A stretch of 64,000 nucleotides of DNA, taken from positions 43,841 through 107,840 of the forward strand of contig OMWI01000007.1 of the NCBI GenBank assembly GCA_900314715.1, in the 5' to 3' direction. The notes under the pieces are model-generated. The model saw nothing but the letters and a program-made list of their open reading frames with translations, was not told the origin of the DNA and searched no databases. The translations under genes were made by a program, and so were the position numbers. Below are positions 9,529 to 22,609 of this stretch, one piece after another. The first letter of the stretch is position 1; each line of letters begins with the position of its first letter. The DNA comes from an uncultured Prevotellaceae bacterium (GTDB taxonomy: Bacteria; Bacteroidota; Bacteroidia; Bacteroidales; Bacteroidaceae).

Positions 9529-10764
9529 TTAATCTCTCCTAAATATATCACGCGTATATACCTTGTCTTTCACATCGTCAAGGCATGAGTCGTAGCGGTT
9601 GGCGATGATGGCATGGCTTTGTTTCTTGAATGTTTCTAAATCATTGACTATACGACTGCCAAAGAATTTGCTGCCATCTTGAAGTGTGGGCTCGTAGATG
9701 ATAACCTCAGCTCCTTTTGCTTTAATGCGTTTCATGATGCCTTGAATAGAGGATTGGCGGAAATTGTCGCTATTTGACTTCATTGTCAAACGGAATACGC
9801 CGATGGTACAGTCCTTTTCGCGGTTTACGTCCCAAGAGCTGTTTGCTTCATAGTATCCAGCCATAGTTAACACGCGGTCGGCGATGAAATCCTTACGGGT
9901 TCGGTTACTCTCAACGATAGCCTCTATCAGATTCTCTGGGACATCGGCATAATTCGCTAACAATTGTTTCGTGTCTTTGGGAAGGCAATATCCACCATAA
10001 CCAAATGATGGGTTGTTGTAGTGAGTTCCGATGCGAGGGTCGAGACATACGCCATTGATAATGGCTTGAGTGTCAAGGCCTTTCATTTCTGCATACGTAT
10101 CGAGTTCGTTGAAATAACTGACACGAAGAGCCAAATAGGTGTTGGCGAAAAGTTTTACTGCTTCTGCTTCTGTTAAACCCATGAAAAGAGTTTCTATGTC
10201 CTGCTTGATGGCACCTTCTTGCAATAAACCTGCAAACGTATGGGCGGCTTCCACTAAACGAGGATCGTTCATATCGGTTCCTACGATGATTCTACTGGGA
10301 TAAAGATTGTCGTAAAGCGCACGACTCTCTCGTAGAAATTCGGGAGAGAAGAGTATGTTTTTAGAACCAGTCTTTTTACGAATACTTTCGGTAAAGCCAA
10401 CGGGAATCGTAGATTTTATCACCATAATGGCATTGGGATTGTATTTCATCACGAGTTGAATGACACTCTCAACTGCCGATGTGTCAAAGAAATTTTTCTT
10501 TGAATCATAATTCGTGGGAGCGGCAATCACCACATAATCAGCATCTGTATATGCTTCTTCTGCATTTAGTGTTGCTCGAAGATTCAATTCCTTTGTTGCG
10601 AGAAACTCCTCAATTTCCTTGTCGATGATGGGAGATTTCCTGTTGTTGATTAAATCTACTTTCTCGGGGATTATGTCAACCGCCGTCACTTGGTGATGTT
10701 GTGACAATAGAGTTGCGATAGACAATCCTACATATCCTGTACCTGCAATGGCTATTTTTTTCAT
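9529..10764 (-). CDS. ugd: UDP-glucose 6-dehydrogenase
   Basis: [15 protein letters not shown] Rossmann start and the catalytic region [10 protein letters not shown]; full-length 411 aa. Confidence 0.9.
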   Translation of the reverse strand: MKKIAIAGTGYVGLSIATLLSQHHQVTAVDIIPEKVDLINNRKSPIIDKEIEEFLATKELNLRATLNAEEAYTDADYVVIAAPTNYDSKKNFFDTSAVESVIQLVMKYNPNAIMVIKSTIPVGFTESIRKKTGSKNILFSPEFLRESRALYDNLYPSRIIVGTDMNDPRLVEAAHTFAGLLQEGAIKQDIETLFMGLTEAEAVKLFANTYLALRVSYFNELDTYAEMKGLDTQAIINGVCLDPRIGTHYNNPSFGYGGYCLPKDTKQLLANYADVPENLIEAIVESNRTRKDFIADRVLTMAGYYEANSSWDVNREKDCTIGVFRLTMKSNSDNFRQSSIQGIMKRIKAKGAEVIIYEPTLQDGSKFFGSRIVNDLETFKKQSHAIIANRYDSCLDDVKDKVYTRDIFRRD

Positions 10765-10780
10765 GATTATTCTTTTCTTG

Positions 10781-10825
10781 TTAAAGTCTTTAAGGTCCTT
10801 AGGGACTTTAAGGACCTTAAGGATT
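10781..10825. repeat. 9-bp tandem array (ttaaagtct/ttaaggtcc/ttagggact/ttaaggacc/ttaaggatt) with an internal 10-bp inverted repeat
   Basis: Five 9-bp units. aaggtcctta (10792-10801) pairs with taaggacctt (10809-10818). The 16-mer actttaaggaccttaa (10805-10820) recurs at 48512-48527. Confidence 0.85.
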
Positions 10826-10829
10826 TTTA

Positions 10830-11867
10830 CTATAATAATGGGTTCTTGTCACTCTTATACCAAGTCATAAATTCCTTGATTCCATCGTGTAAAGACCAAT
10901 GTGGCTTATAGTCACATTCTTGTTCCAAATGACTCGTGTCAGCATTTGTCTGGTATACATCACCTGGTTGCATGGGCAGGAAAATCTTTTCCGCGGGTTT
11001 CCCGTATGCATTTTCAATCTCTGAAATGAAGTCCATCAATTTCACGGGATTGCTACAACCGATGTTATATACTTTATACGGTACATTGTTGGGACATTCT
11101 TCCGCTTTTGGTTGACGGTCAATAACATGGATAGTTCCTTCTACGATGTCATCAATATAGGTGAAATCGCGAATCATGTCTCCATTGTTGAATACCTTAA
11201 TTGGTTCTCCTCGTTGAATAGCTCCAGCAAATAGCATAGGCGACATGTCTGGTCTTCCCCAAGGACCGTAAACGGTAAAGAATCTCAAACCTGTAGTTGC
11301 GAATCCATACAATTTGCTATAAGCATGAGCCATCAATTCGTTTGATTTCTTGCTGGCAGCATAAAGACTTACGGGATGATCCACCTTGTCGTCTTCACTA
11401 TAAGGAACTTTCGTATTTAATCCATATACTGAACTCGAAGAGGCGTAAATCAAATGCTTCACATGATAGTTCCTACATGCTTCCAAGATATTCAAAAAGC
11501 CAACGATATTGCTTTGCAAATATGAATATGGATTGGTAATTGAATATCTCACGCCAGCTTGAGCAGCCAAATTCATCACCTTATCAAATTGTTCTTTTTC
11601 GAAGAGGGCATCAATGCTGGGTTTATCTTCAAGAGCCATACGGATGAAACGGCAATCGGGTAGGGTAGAGCTAACCACTTCTTTCCCAAAAGTAAATTCA
11701 TCGTTTGGCTGGGTTATTCCGCACTCACGCAATCGCCCATATTTCAAACGTGGGTCGTAATAATCATTGATGTTGTCAATGCCCACTACGATGTCACCGC
11801 GTTTAGCCAACATGAACATGAGTTTAGAACCAATAAAACCAGCCGCGCCAGTAACAAGTATCTTCAT
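10830..11867 (-). CDS. NAD-dependent epimerase, UDP-glucuronate 4-epimerase-like SDR
   Basis: [14 protein letters not shown] and YAASK (Y-x3-K); ~345 aa extended SDR. Its position next to ugd is typical of UDP-GlcA to UDP-GalA epimerases. Confidence 0.75.
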   Translation of the reverse strand: MKILVTGAAGFIGSKLMFMLAKRGDIVVGIDNINDYYDPRLKYGRLRECGITQPNDEFTFGKEVVSSTLPDCRFIRMALEDKPSIDALFEKEQFDKVMNLAAQAGVRYSITNPYSYLQSNIVGFLNILEACRNYHVKHLIYASSSSVYGLNTKVPYSEDDKVDHPVSLYAASKKSNELMAHAYSKLYGFATTGLRFFTVYGPWGRPDMSPMLFAGAIQRGEPIKVFNNGDMIRDFTYIDDIVEGTIHVIDRQPKAEECPNNVPYKVYNIGCSNPVKLMDFISEIENAYGKPAEKIFLPMQPGDVYQTNADTSHLEQECDYKPHWSLHDGIKEFMTWYKSDKNPLL

Positions 11868-11892
11868 ATATAAATAATGTGTAATCTATAGG

Positions 11893-12690
11893 TTATTCTG
11901 AAAAAATATGTTGAGCTTCTTCATAGCTATCCAAAGAACCAATGTCATAACGAGTTCCTGGCATTTGCCAAGCATGGATGGTCGTTACGTCTACCAAATA
12001 GTGAGCTAAATTACCAGGAGCGTCAAAACCACAACCATGATTCATGCAATCACGAATCAAGAGTAGGTCTTCTTTTTTATAAATATAGAAAGGTGGAACA
12101 GCCCAATTAGATACTGGCTTTTCTGGTTTTTCCTGCATTTCCAATACTTTCATGTTCTCGTCTACGGCAATCACACCTGTTCGTTGCAATTTTCTCAATT
12201 CTGGTTCATGATGACACATGATGACAGAAGAGTTCTTTGCTTTAAAGAAGTCAACAAAACCCTGGAATGAGAAATTCAAGATGTTGTCAGCAGCCACAAC
12301 CATGATGTCATCGGGCCATTTGTTATTAACTACTGACCGTTGAGCAATAACCATTGGCTCTTGAGTGTTTTCGATGGTGTTGATGGCGAGTAATAAGTCG
12401 CGTACGGCTCCTAAGCGAGTTTCGTTTGTCGAAGTACCGTCATCTATGATGGTAATCGGTTTCCTATGTTCACCTTCTTCCATCCTTTTCTTTGCCCATT
12501 CTTGAAAGATGGGGGCAAATTTGTGGTTGCTAACAATGATATGTGAATCAATGTCTTGAATATTGTCAAGGTCATCAAGCATCCTATCGAGAATGGTTCG
12601 CTTCCCTATCTTAAGCAATGGCTTGGGAAAATTCTGTGTAAGAGGGTAGAGGCGAGTGGCATACCCTGCTGCAATCACGATATTTTTCAT
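11893..12690 (-). CDS. Sugar-1-phosphate nucleotidyltransferase (NTP_transferase family)
   Basis: The N-terminus IVIAAGYATRLYPLTQNFPKPLLKIG is the G-x-G-T-R-L pyrophosphorylase signature. Confidence 0.75.
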   Translation of the reverse strand: MKNIVIAAGYATRLYPLTQNFPKPLLKIGKRTILDRMLDDLDNIQDIDSHIIVSNHKFAPIFQEWAKKRMEEGEHRKPITIIDDGTSTNETRLGAVRDLLLAINTIENTQEPMVIAQRSVVNNKWPDDIMVVAADNILNFSFQGFVDFFKAKNSSVIMCHHEPELRKLQRTGVIAVDENMKVLEMQEKPEKPVSNWAVPPFYIYKKEDLLLIRDCMNHGCGFDAPGNLAHYLVDVTTIHAWQMPGTRYDIGSLDSYEEAQHIFSE

Positions 12691-12691
12691 G

Positions 12692-13891
12692 TTACAAAAA
12701 TTCTACGCCATTGGCTGGCTTACAGAAAAACATCTCAAAGGTGTCCTTGTATTGTGGGAATTCCTTCAAGTATTCTGCTGTTATATATTCGCGAATACTC
12801 TCTTTTTTCGTAGGATCAACGAGGGCGATACAGGCTCCCTTGAAACCGGCACCACTGAAACGACCTCCATAGATTCCTTCCGTGCGACGCATGATCTTGT
12901 AAAGGGCAATCAATTCGGGCGAACCACATTCGTAATTGTTCATCGAACTTTCACAACTCTCGAAGATTAACTGACCGAAGGCCTTGATGTCACCTTTCTT
13001 CCATGCTTCCACACCAGCTTCCACGCGATCGCACTCCGTATAGAAGTGGCGGGCACGTTTGGCAAAACGTTCGGGCATCTTGTTCTCATACTTCTTGAAA
13101 ATATCCTCATCAACATCACGAAGTCGAGTGGCTTGCAATTCTTTCAGAGGTACGTTTTCATAGGCTTCCATAATCCAAGCTGCCGTTTTGCATTCAGAAA
13201 CACGCAAGTTGTAATCGGTTCCCGTGAGTTTACGGGTTACTCCAGAGAAGAAAATGCCAAGTTCAAACGGTAATTCCTTTTGATTCTCTTCGCCTCCGAA
13301 TGGCAATAAAACATATTCAGATGTGCGTGTGTCCAAATAAAGCAATTTATCTGATTCGCAAAGAACTACACATGCTTGGTCAAGAATACCATTGTTCAAT
13401 CCCACGTATTCACGCTCAGCTCTTGATGCATAGTGAATTACTTGCATTTTGTCAAGATATAGGTTGTTAATCTTTCCTAATGCCATGACAAATCCACAAA
13501 GTAATGCAGCTGATGAAGACAGACCTCCGATAGGCATGGAACCTTTTACGACGCCTCTGATTCCTCTACGCAACTGAAAATCTTGCTGCAATGCCCATAC
13601 GGCACCGCGAAGATAGTCGCCCCAGTTGTTTTGCTTCTCATCTACGGGTCGTTGTACGTTGAATGTCATCAATCCCTCAAAGGAGAGAGAGCACATTTCT
13701 ACTTTTCCTGATTCGGTTTCCGAAAAAAGGAAATCAATACCACTATCAAACGCAAACCCTGAAACCAAACCGTGTTGGTGGTCTACGTGTGCGCCTAAAG
13801 GACAGATACGATAGGGTGAAAACAATTGGTAAAGAGCATCACCTTTACCAAAAAAAGTACGATAAGCTTGAAATAAATCGTTTGAAATCAT
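12692..13891 (-). CDS. GHMP-family sugar-1-kinase, galacturonokinase-like
   Basis: GHMP motifs GGLSSSAAL and RFSGAGFKGACIALVD. SPYRICPLGAHVDHQHG, NGILDQ and DYNLRVSEC resemble my recollection of plant GalAK rather than GalK. Confidence 0.65.
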   Translation of the reverse strand: MISNDLFQAYRTFFGKGDALYQLFSPYRICPLGAHVDHQHGLVSGFAFDSGIDFLFSETESGKVEMCSLSFEGLMTFNVQRPVDEKQNNWGDYLRGAVWALQQDFQLRRGIRGVVKGSMPIGGLSSSAALLCGFVMALGKINNLYLDKMQVIHYASRAEREYVGLNNGILDQACVVLCESDKLLYLDTRTSEYVLLPFGGEENQKELPFELGIFFSGVTRKLTGTDYNLRVSECKTAAWIMEAYENVPLKELQATRLRDVDEDIFKKYENKMPERFAKRARHFYTECDRVEAGVEAWKKGDIKAFGQLIFESCESSMNNYECGSPELIALYKIMRRTEGIYGGRFSGAGFKGACIALVDPTKKESIREYITAEYLKEFPQYKDTFEMFFCKPANGVEFL

Positions 13892-13912
13892 ACGTTTTGT
13901 TCAATTTGGCTG

Positions 13913-13920
13913 CAAAATTA
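13913..13920 (-). promoter_or_regulatory. -7 promoter box (TAatTTTG) for the sugar-nucleotide block
   Basis: Exact TAnnTTTG on the minus strand, ~22 nt upstream of the ATG at 13891. Confidence 0.5.
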
Positions 13921-13963
13921 CTAAATTTTTTTTTCATTAATGTGTTTAAATCGATAAAATGTG

Positions 13964-13971
13964 TATTTTTG
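13964..13971 (+). promoter_or_regulatory. -7 promoter box (TAttTTTG) for the S9 peptidase gene
   Basis: Exact TAnnTTTG. It lies inside the track ORF's 5' extension, which argues for a start at 13992 or 14001. Confidence 0.5.
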
Positions 13972-13991
13972 CAGAAATAATTGATATAGAT

Positions 13992-16466
13992 ATGGAAATC
14001 ATGAAAACTTTTTTGACAAAAACCTTGCTTGTGTGTGTATGTGCCATGTTTACAGTATCGGCTATTTCCGCCAAGGATATTCCAGTGATAAAGTTCCAAT
14101 GTGCAGGTCCTTTTCCCGTGTTTAAACCGCTTGAATTGGATAGTATAAACTTGAATCAGAAATCTTTTACGGATAAGGATTTGTTAGAAACATCCGTTGA
14201 TTTCAATTTAACTGCTCATGGTAAAATACTGGATGATAGCATCGCGCCAGGTATAAATATGGGTTATGCCTTGTATATACTACGTTTCAATGCCCAAAAC
14301 ATATCGTTTGCGAAGGCTAAAGTTAATGTTTCTGGATTAGCTGATTATCAATTGTTTATAGATGGGAAAAAGTCGGACGGAAAAAACGTAGAATTAATTC
14401 CTGGTTCTCATGTTTTCGACATTAAATATTTGTCGAAAGGAGGCAGACAAGAGAAGGTTAAAGTGAATCTATCTGGTGTATCAGAAGAATCAATCTTGTT
14501 GTCTACTGGTACAAAACGTCTTTTTTCCATGAAAGAAGTACTTGAAGGAGAACGATTATCGGGTGTTAGTTTGTCTCACGACGGACGTTTTCTCATCACT
14601 CGATATAGTGAGATTCTACCAGGGGGAACAACATCTTGGAAATACCAATTAACGGAATTGAAGACGGGAAAGATAGTAACGGAATCTTCAACGGCCATTC
14701 GTTGGATGCCTTCTACCAATCGTTATTATTTCATGGAAAAGAGCGAGAAAGGCAGGAGAATAATAGTCGTGAATGCGGAGAATATGCAAAGTCAAGTGCT
14801 TGCTGATGGTTTGCCTGATGAGTCTTTTGCGATTTCTCCGACAGAAGAGTTTCTCATTTTCAATCATCGCAATACAGGACCAAAGAAAGATAGTGAGGTC
14901 TACGAGATTGTGGAACCTGATGATAGACAACCTGGTTGGCGCGACCGTAATAGTTTGGTGAAATATGACATCAAGACTGGTGTCTCTCAACCATTAACGT
15001 TTGGTCATCATTCAGTTTCTTTATTGGATATTTCACATAATGGACGATTTGCTTTACTGATGACAAGCAAGAGACGACTAACGAAACGACCAACAACCCT
15101 TAATACTATTATCCAATTGGATTTACAGACCATGAAAGGCGATTCCATCGTGGTAGATGATGGGTTTGTTGGAGATGCTAAATACTCACCCGATGATAAG
15201 TGTATAGCAGTAGTTGGATCTCCTGAAAGTCTCGATGGAATCGGCAAAAATGTGCCTGAAGGACGAATCCCAAGTGCGTACGATTATCAGTTGTATACGA
15301 TTGATTTGTCAACGAAGAAAGCGAAGGCTTTGACGCGAGATTTCAATCCATCCGTTGGTTCTGTTCAATGGGCAAAATATGATGGAAAGATTTATTTTAC
15401 AGCTGACGACCGTGATTGCATTCATCTGTTTAAGGCAGATCCTGTTTCTGGAAAAATCCAACAATTGCCCATCTCGGAAGATGTGGTCTCTTCTTGTTCG
15501 ATGGCAAAAGATGCACCAGTTTGTGCATGGTCTGGCGAAAGTGCCAGTAATGCTGCTCGTTCATATATCATGAATACCCGTACGGGTAAATCAACATTAT
15601 TGGAGGATTTCAGCGCTAAATTCTTAAAGGATGTGGAGTTGGGAACGTGTGAGGCATGGGATTTTGTCAGTTCAAGAGGCGATACGATTAATGGTCGTTT
15701 TTATTTGCCTCCTCATTTCGATGCTTCCAAGAAATATCCACTCATTGTTTATTATTATGGTGGTTGTACTCCTACGGCTCGTCATTTCGCCACACGTTAT
15801 CCGATGAACGTATATGCGTCGATGGGATATGTTGTTTACGTAATTAATCCAAGCGGTGCTGCGGGATTTGGACAAGAATTCTCTTCGAGACACGTCAATA
15901 CGGCAGGAGAGGGCGTTGCCGAGGATATTATCGAGGGAACAAAACTCTTTGCTAAGCAACATCCTTTCGTAAATGAAAAGAAGATTGGGTGTATCGGAGC
16001 AAGTTATGGTGGTTTTATGACGCAATATTTACAAACGAAAACCGATATCTTTGCCGTTGCTATCTCTCATGCTGGTATTAGTGACCATACTTCTTATTGG
16101 GGTGAAGGATATTGGGGCTATAGTTATAGTGAGGTTTCTATGGCGGATAGTTATCCTTGGTCAGACAAGAAATTGTATGTAGACCAAAGTCCGTTATTTA
16201 ATGCAGATAAGATTCATACGCCGATACTGTTCTTGCATGGAGTGGCTGATACAAACGTACCCGTTGGAGAAAGTATTCAAATGTTTAATGCCTTGAAGTT
16301 GTTGGGGCGTGAAACGGCATTTGTTGCCGTTGAGGGCGAGAACCATTGGATTCAGAATTATAGCAAGCGCATGAAATGGCAAAATACCATCTTTGCATGG
16401 TTTGCGAAATGGTTGAAAGATGAACCGGAATGGTGGCAACACATGTACAAGGAACAATCAATGTGA
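13992..16466 (+). CDS. S9-family serine peptidase (prolyl oligopeptidase/DPP-like) with N-terminal beta-propeller; secreted
   Basis: Signal peptide MKTFLTKTLLVCVCAMFTVSAISA, nucleophile motif GASYGG, and C-terminal LFLHGVADTNVP...GENH. Confidence 0.85.
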   Translation: MEIMKTFLTKTLLVCVCAMFTVSAISAKDIPVIKFQCAGPFPVFKPLELDSINLNQKSFTDKDLLETSVDFNLTAHGKILDDSIAPGINMGYALYILRFNAQNISFAKAKVNVSGLADYQLFIDGKKSDGKNVELIPGSHVFDIKYLSKGGRQEKVKVNLSGVSEESILLSTGTKRLFSMKEVLEGERLSGVSLSHDGRFLITRYSEILPGGTTSWKYQLTELKTGKIVTESSTAIRWMPSTNRYYFMEKSEKGRRIIVVNAENMQSQVLADGLPDESFAISPTEEFLIFNHRNTGPKKDSEVYEIVEPDDRQPGWRDRNSLVKYDIKTGVSQPLTFGHHSVSLLDISHNGRFALLMTSKRRLTKRPTTLNTIIQLDLQTMKGDSIVVDDGFVGDAKYSPDDKCIAVVGSPESLDGIGKNVPEGRIPSAYDYQLYTIDLSTKKAKALTRDFNPSVGSVQWAKYDGKIYFTADDRDCIHLFKADPVSGKIQQLPISEDVVSSCSMAKDAPVCAWSGESASNAARSYIMNTRTGKSTLLEDFSAKFLKDVELGTCEAWDFVSSRGDTINGRFYLPPHFDASKKYPLIVYYYGGCTPTARHFATRYPMNVYASMGYVVYVINPSGAAGFGQEFSSRHVNTAGEGVAEDIIEGTKLFAKQHPFVNEKKIGCIGASYGGFMTQYLQTKTDIFAVAISHAGISDHTSYWGEGYWGYSYSEVSMADSYPWSDKKLYVDQSPLFNADKIHTPILFLHGVADTNVPVGESIQMFNALKLLGRETAFVAVEGENHWIQNYSKRMKWQNTIFAWFAKWLKDEPEWWQHMYKEQSM

Positions 16467-17303
16467 AGTTGCTAACTTCCTTAATTCTTTCAAGGCTTTT
16501 TTCCCAGCTTCCTCACCGATGAGAATCATTTGTCGGATATCATCTCGTGAGAAGCTGGCTGCATCATAGTCCTTTAGATTAGGATTGATGTATATGTCTG
16601 CCATTTGACGATTCTCGTTGTGCTTTTTCCAATCAGGACGAGAGATGAGCCAATCCAATACGCCTCCAATACCATATTCCTCTTTCAAGGAAAAATCGCG
16701 ATTTTCGTGTTTACGTTGCGCAAGGTCGATGGCAATAATGATGTCTGCGCCCATTTTTTTTGCTATGTCAACGGGGAGATTATTCAACATACCTCCGTCA
16801 ACCAATAGTTTTCCTTCCCATTTCACGGGTTTAAAAGCCCCCGGAATACTCATGCTGGCTCGCATGGCTCTTGCCAAATTGCCACGTTGCAATATCACTT
16901 CTTCCGTATTGATGATGTCTGTGGCAACACAACGATATGGGATAGGCAAACTATCGAAATCTACGGAGTCGGGGAGATTCAACAAATCGGAAAATACGTT
17001 GGATATTTGTTGCGTACCAGCGATGGATTCAGAGAAAATGTTTTCCCAATCCGTATTGACGAAGAGAGAGTCGAGTTGTTGTGAACGATAGCCTACTGAA
17101 TAGAGGCCTCCAATAATGGAACCGATACTTGTGCCTACGATATAGTCGATATGTACTCCTGCTTCTTCTATATATTTGAGTACGCCAATCTCTGCTGCTC
17201 CTTTAGCACCACCACCGCCCAAGACTAATCCTACTTTAGGACGGTCTTGGGCGAATGATGTAAGAAATATTGTTAGACAGAATGTTAGCGCAATCTTTCT
17301 CAT
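16458..17303 (-). CDS. Patatin-like phospholipase
   Basis: GLVLGGGGAKGAAEIG oxyanion motif, GTSIGS nucleophile and VDGG; signal peptide present. Confidence 0.85.
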   Translation of the reverse strand: MRKIALTFCLTIFLTSFAQDRPKVGLVLGGGGAKGAAEIGVLKYIEEAGVHIDYIVGTSIGSIIGGLYSVGYRSQQLDSLFVNTDWENIFSESIAGTQQISNVFSDLLNLPDSVDFDSLPIPYRCVATDIINTEEVILQRGNLARAMRASMSIPGAFKPVKWEGKLLVDGGMLNNLPVDIAKKMGADIIIAIDLAQRKHENRDFSLKEEYGIGGVLDWLISRPDWKKHNENRQMADIYINPNLKDYDAASFSRDDIRQMILIGEEAGKKALKELRKLATSH

Positions 17304-17308
17304 AGTGA

Positions 17309-19288
17309 TTAGTCGTGAATAATCAATGCGGATTGTGGGCGTATAATGATTTCGCCTCCAACCATCTCACCTAATCCTCTCTCTTCAATCTTTCCATCTT
17401 GGCAAACAATAGTATATTTGCCATCTGGAATGTTGACTTTTTTCTCTTCACGATTGCCATTGAAAATGACGATAATGTCTTTCCACGTATCACCTCCTGC
17501 ATGATTCTTGAGCATAAAACCAACGAGACAAGGTTCTGAAGGAAGGAATTGCAAGTGCTTGCGGACAAGTTCTGCTTTTCCTAAACGGAATGCGGGATGA
17601 TTCTTTCGCAATTGGATGAGATTCTTGTAATACTGGAAAACATGTGGATAACGATTGAGATTGTTCCAATCGAGGTGATTGACGTCATCGGGAGACTCAA
17701 AGGAATTGTGAACACCCTTCTTGTCGCGCAACATTTCTTCGCCACTTAACATAAATGGAACACCCTGACTGGTAAATACCGCCGTTTGTGCCAATAAGTC
17801 AAGACGAATGAGTTCGTCGGTGGAAATGCCTGGTAACTCCGTCTTTAAGCGGTCAACAAGACACATGTCATCATGACAACTCACATACGATATTTGTTGC
17901 GTTGGCTCGTTTGCCCACGATGCTTTGGAGTAATTAACTTTCTTCATGTCCACTTGAGGATGGTCAATGGCTCCAACAATACCAAATTTCAAACTCTCCT
18001 CTTCACCAGCGATACCTGCAAGAAACGCTCCTTTCGTGTCATCGGAAAATGGTCCTCTTAACGCATCTCTCATGTCATCGCTAAATGCTGCAATGCCATT
18101 GAGTTGTTTGGTGTTGGCTTTTACGGCAAGCTTTTCTTGTGGATAGGCACATTCGCCTGCACTCCAACCTTCTCCATAAATAAATATGGTGGGGTCGATT
18201 TTGTTGACTTCCTCACGAATGATGTTCATTGTCTCAATATCGTGAACGCCCATTAAGTCGAAACGGAAGCCGTCAATATGGTATTCGTTAATCCAGTATT
18301 TCACCGATTCAATCATGAATCGTCGCATCATCGGTTGATTTGATGCAGTTTCATTGCCACATCCAGAACCATTGGAATACTCTCCTTTGTTGGTCTTGCG
18401 ATAGTAATAATCAGGATAAGTCTTTTGGAAATTACTATGTTCAATGTCGTAAGTGTGGTTGTAAACCACGTCAAGAATCACGCCAATGCCAGCATTGTGC
18501 AAGGCTTGCACCATTTGCTTAAACTCCTTGATTCTGCATGTTGGGTCTGAAGGATTTGTTGAGTATGATCCTTCTGGCACATTATAGTTCACGGGATCAT
18601 ATCCCCAATTGTACTTGTTGTCTTGAAGTCTCGTCTCGTCGATGGAACCAAAGTCGTAACTTGGTAAGATATGAATGGCATTTACGCCTAATTCCTTCAG
18701 GTGATTGATGGCTTTCGGTTCCGTTAATGCAAGGAATTTTCCCTTGTTTCGTAAACCAGATGAGGCATCAATGGAAAAGTCACGATGGTGCATTTCGTAT
18801 ATAACGAGATCAGCGGGAGATTTAACGATAGGTCTTTTATCGTTTTCCCATCCCTCGGGATTTGTGTCTTTCAAGTCGATGATAGCACCACGCTTCCCGT
18901 TGATACTAACCGCTTTCGCAAAAACTCCAGGCGTCTCTTCTAAATATTTCTTTCGTAAATTGTTTACCCGAAAAGTATAGAAACAACCTTTCAAGTCGCC
19001 TTTTACGGTTGCCGACCATACTTCGCCCGTTGTATTCTTTGGATAAGGCATCTTGATGGTCTTGTATGGCTTGGGCGAATTAGCATCTTTATAAAGATAT
19101 AATTGCACTTTTGGGAAAGCCGTACCACCGTATGGGGCAAACAATTTAAATGTTGTTTGCTTGGGAGAATATGTTACTTCGTCAAAGTTGAATACTTCGG
19201 TCGAAGGAATTGCCACCTTTGTTTGTGCGAAAGATGTAGAGAGGGCAGTTGCCGCCACGATGGAAAGAGATATTTGTTTGATATTCAT
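17309..19288 (-). CDS. pulA: Type I pullulanase (GH13)
   Basis: [36 protein letters not shown] and YVSCHD are pullulanase/GH13 conserved regions. Start chosen at MNIKQISLS (signal peptide). Confidence 0.9.
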   Translation of the reverse strand: MNIKQISLSIVAATALSTSFAQTKVAIPSTEVFNFDEVTYSPKQTTFKLFAPYGGTAFPKVQLYLYKDANSPKPYKTIKMPYPKNTTGEVWSATVKGDLKGCFYTFRVNNLRKKYLEETPGVFAKAVSINGKRGAIIDLKDTNPEGWENDKRPIVKSPADLVIYEMHHRDFSIDASSGLRNKGKFLALTEPKAINHLKELGVNAIHILPSYDFGSIDETRLQDNKYNWGYDPVNYNVPEGSYSTNPSDPTCRIKEFKQMVQALHNAGIGVILDVVYNHTYDIEHSNFQKTYPDYYYRKTNKGEYSNGSGCGNETASNQPMMRRFMIESVKYWINEYHIDGFRFDLMGVHDIETMNIIREEVNKIDPTIFIYGEGWSAGECAYPQEKLAVKANTKQLNGIAAFSDDMRDALRGPFSDDTKGAFLAGIAGEEESLKFGIVGAIDHPQVDMKKVNYSKASWANEPTQQISYVSCHDDMCLVDRLKTELPGISTDELIRLDLLAQTAVFTSQGVPFMLSGEEMLRDKKGVHNSFESPDDVNHLDWNNLNRYPHVFQYYKNLIQLRKNHPAFRLGKAELVRKHLQFLPSEPCLVGFMLKNHAGGDTWKDIIVIFNGNREEKKVNIPDGKYTIVCQDGKIEERGLGEMVGGEIIIRPQSALIIHD

Positions 19289-19299
19289 ACTGTTAAATC

Positions 19300-20295
19300 T
19301 TATTGTTCCTCGTCCATAGGATAAAGTACACCCCACTTAAAACGCAATTCATCCATCATCTTCATGATGTAGAGTGTTTCTTCCAACGGCATTTGTGGCG
19401 GTTCGATGAGGCCTTCTTCCAATGCTTGCTTACAAGCAATGAACTGATATTCATATCCCGTAATCTGCTTGGGTACGTTGATGTCTTTCACGAACACCCT
19501 ATCTCTCTTGTTGATTCTAATACGTTGTGGGTTGTTGATGTTGTCAATGATAATATTTCCTTCTGTTCCAGCAATTACGCCAATATTGTCTCCTACACAA
19601 CAAGCAGAAGATTGCACGTTGGCAAGCATTCCATTGGCAAACGTAAAGCTAATCGCATTTGTCAAATCCATTCCCGTATCTGACTTCACGCATTGCGATT
19701 CCATCTTCTCGATGGGGGAGTCACAGAACATACGAACAAAATTGATGGCATAAACACCGAGGTCTAACAATGCTCCACCGCAAAGGTCGGGACGCATGAT
19801 ACGAGGTTTATTGCCCATACTATAACCGAGCGTGGCAGTAATTAGACGCGGAGTTCCAATCTGACCATTACTGATAAGTTGTCGAACGATTTGCACGGCT
19901 GGTTGATAGCGCGTCCAAATGGCTTCTGCCAAAAACACTTTCCGTTCTCGTGAAATCCTAACTATATCTGCAGCCTGACGATGATTAGCCATAAATGCCT
20001 TCTCCACCAAACATGGTTTGCCGTTTTCCAAAGCTTCCTTAGTTACGTCATAATGATGGGAATGTGGAGTTGCCACATACACTAAATCAACGTTTTCATC
20101 GGCAATCAGTTCAGAATAAGAGCCATAGGCGCAAGACACTTGCCACTTCTCGGCAAATACTTGTGCCTTTTCCAATGAGCGAGAAGCAATCGCATAACAA
20201 CTCGCGCCTTCCAAATTCTTCAGCGTGATGGCTGCCTTTTCGGCAATCCAACCAGCTCCAATGATTCCTACACGTAAGTTTTCCATGGTTTTCAC
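19300..20295 (-). CDS. Gfo/Idh/MocA-family NAD(P)-dependent oxidoreductase
   Basis: LRVGIIGAGWIA Rossmann start and the CLVEKAF (EKP-like) motif; 331 aa. Confidence 0.85.
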   Translation of the reverse strand: MKTMENLRVGIIGAGWIAEKAAITLKNLEGASCYAIASRSLEKAQVFAEKWQVSCAYGSYSELIADENVDLVYVATPHSHHYDVTKEALENGKPCLVEKAFMANHRQAADIVRISRERKVFLAEAIWTRYQPAVQIVRQLISNGQIGTPRLITATLGYSMGNKPRIMRPDLCGGALLDLGVYAINFVRMFCDSPIEKMESQCVKSDTGMDLTNAISFTFANGMLANVQSSACCVGDNIGVIAGTEGNIIIDNINNPQRIRINKRDRVFVKDINVPKQITGYEYQFIACKQALEEGLIEPPQMPLEETLYIMKMMDELRFKWGVLYPMDEEQ

Positions 20296-20298
20296 TTC

Positions 20299-22548
<2,250 letters not shown>

Positions 22549-22609
22549 TTATTTGTAATGATATGCTTTGCATTTGATAAATATATGGTTTGCAAGGGAT
22601 AAACATAGT

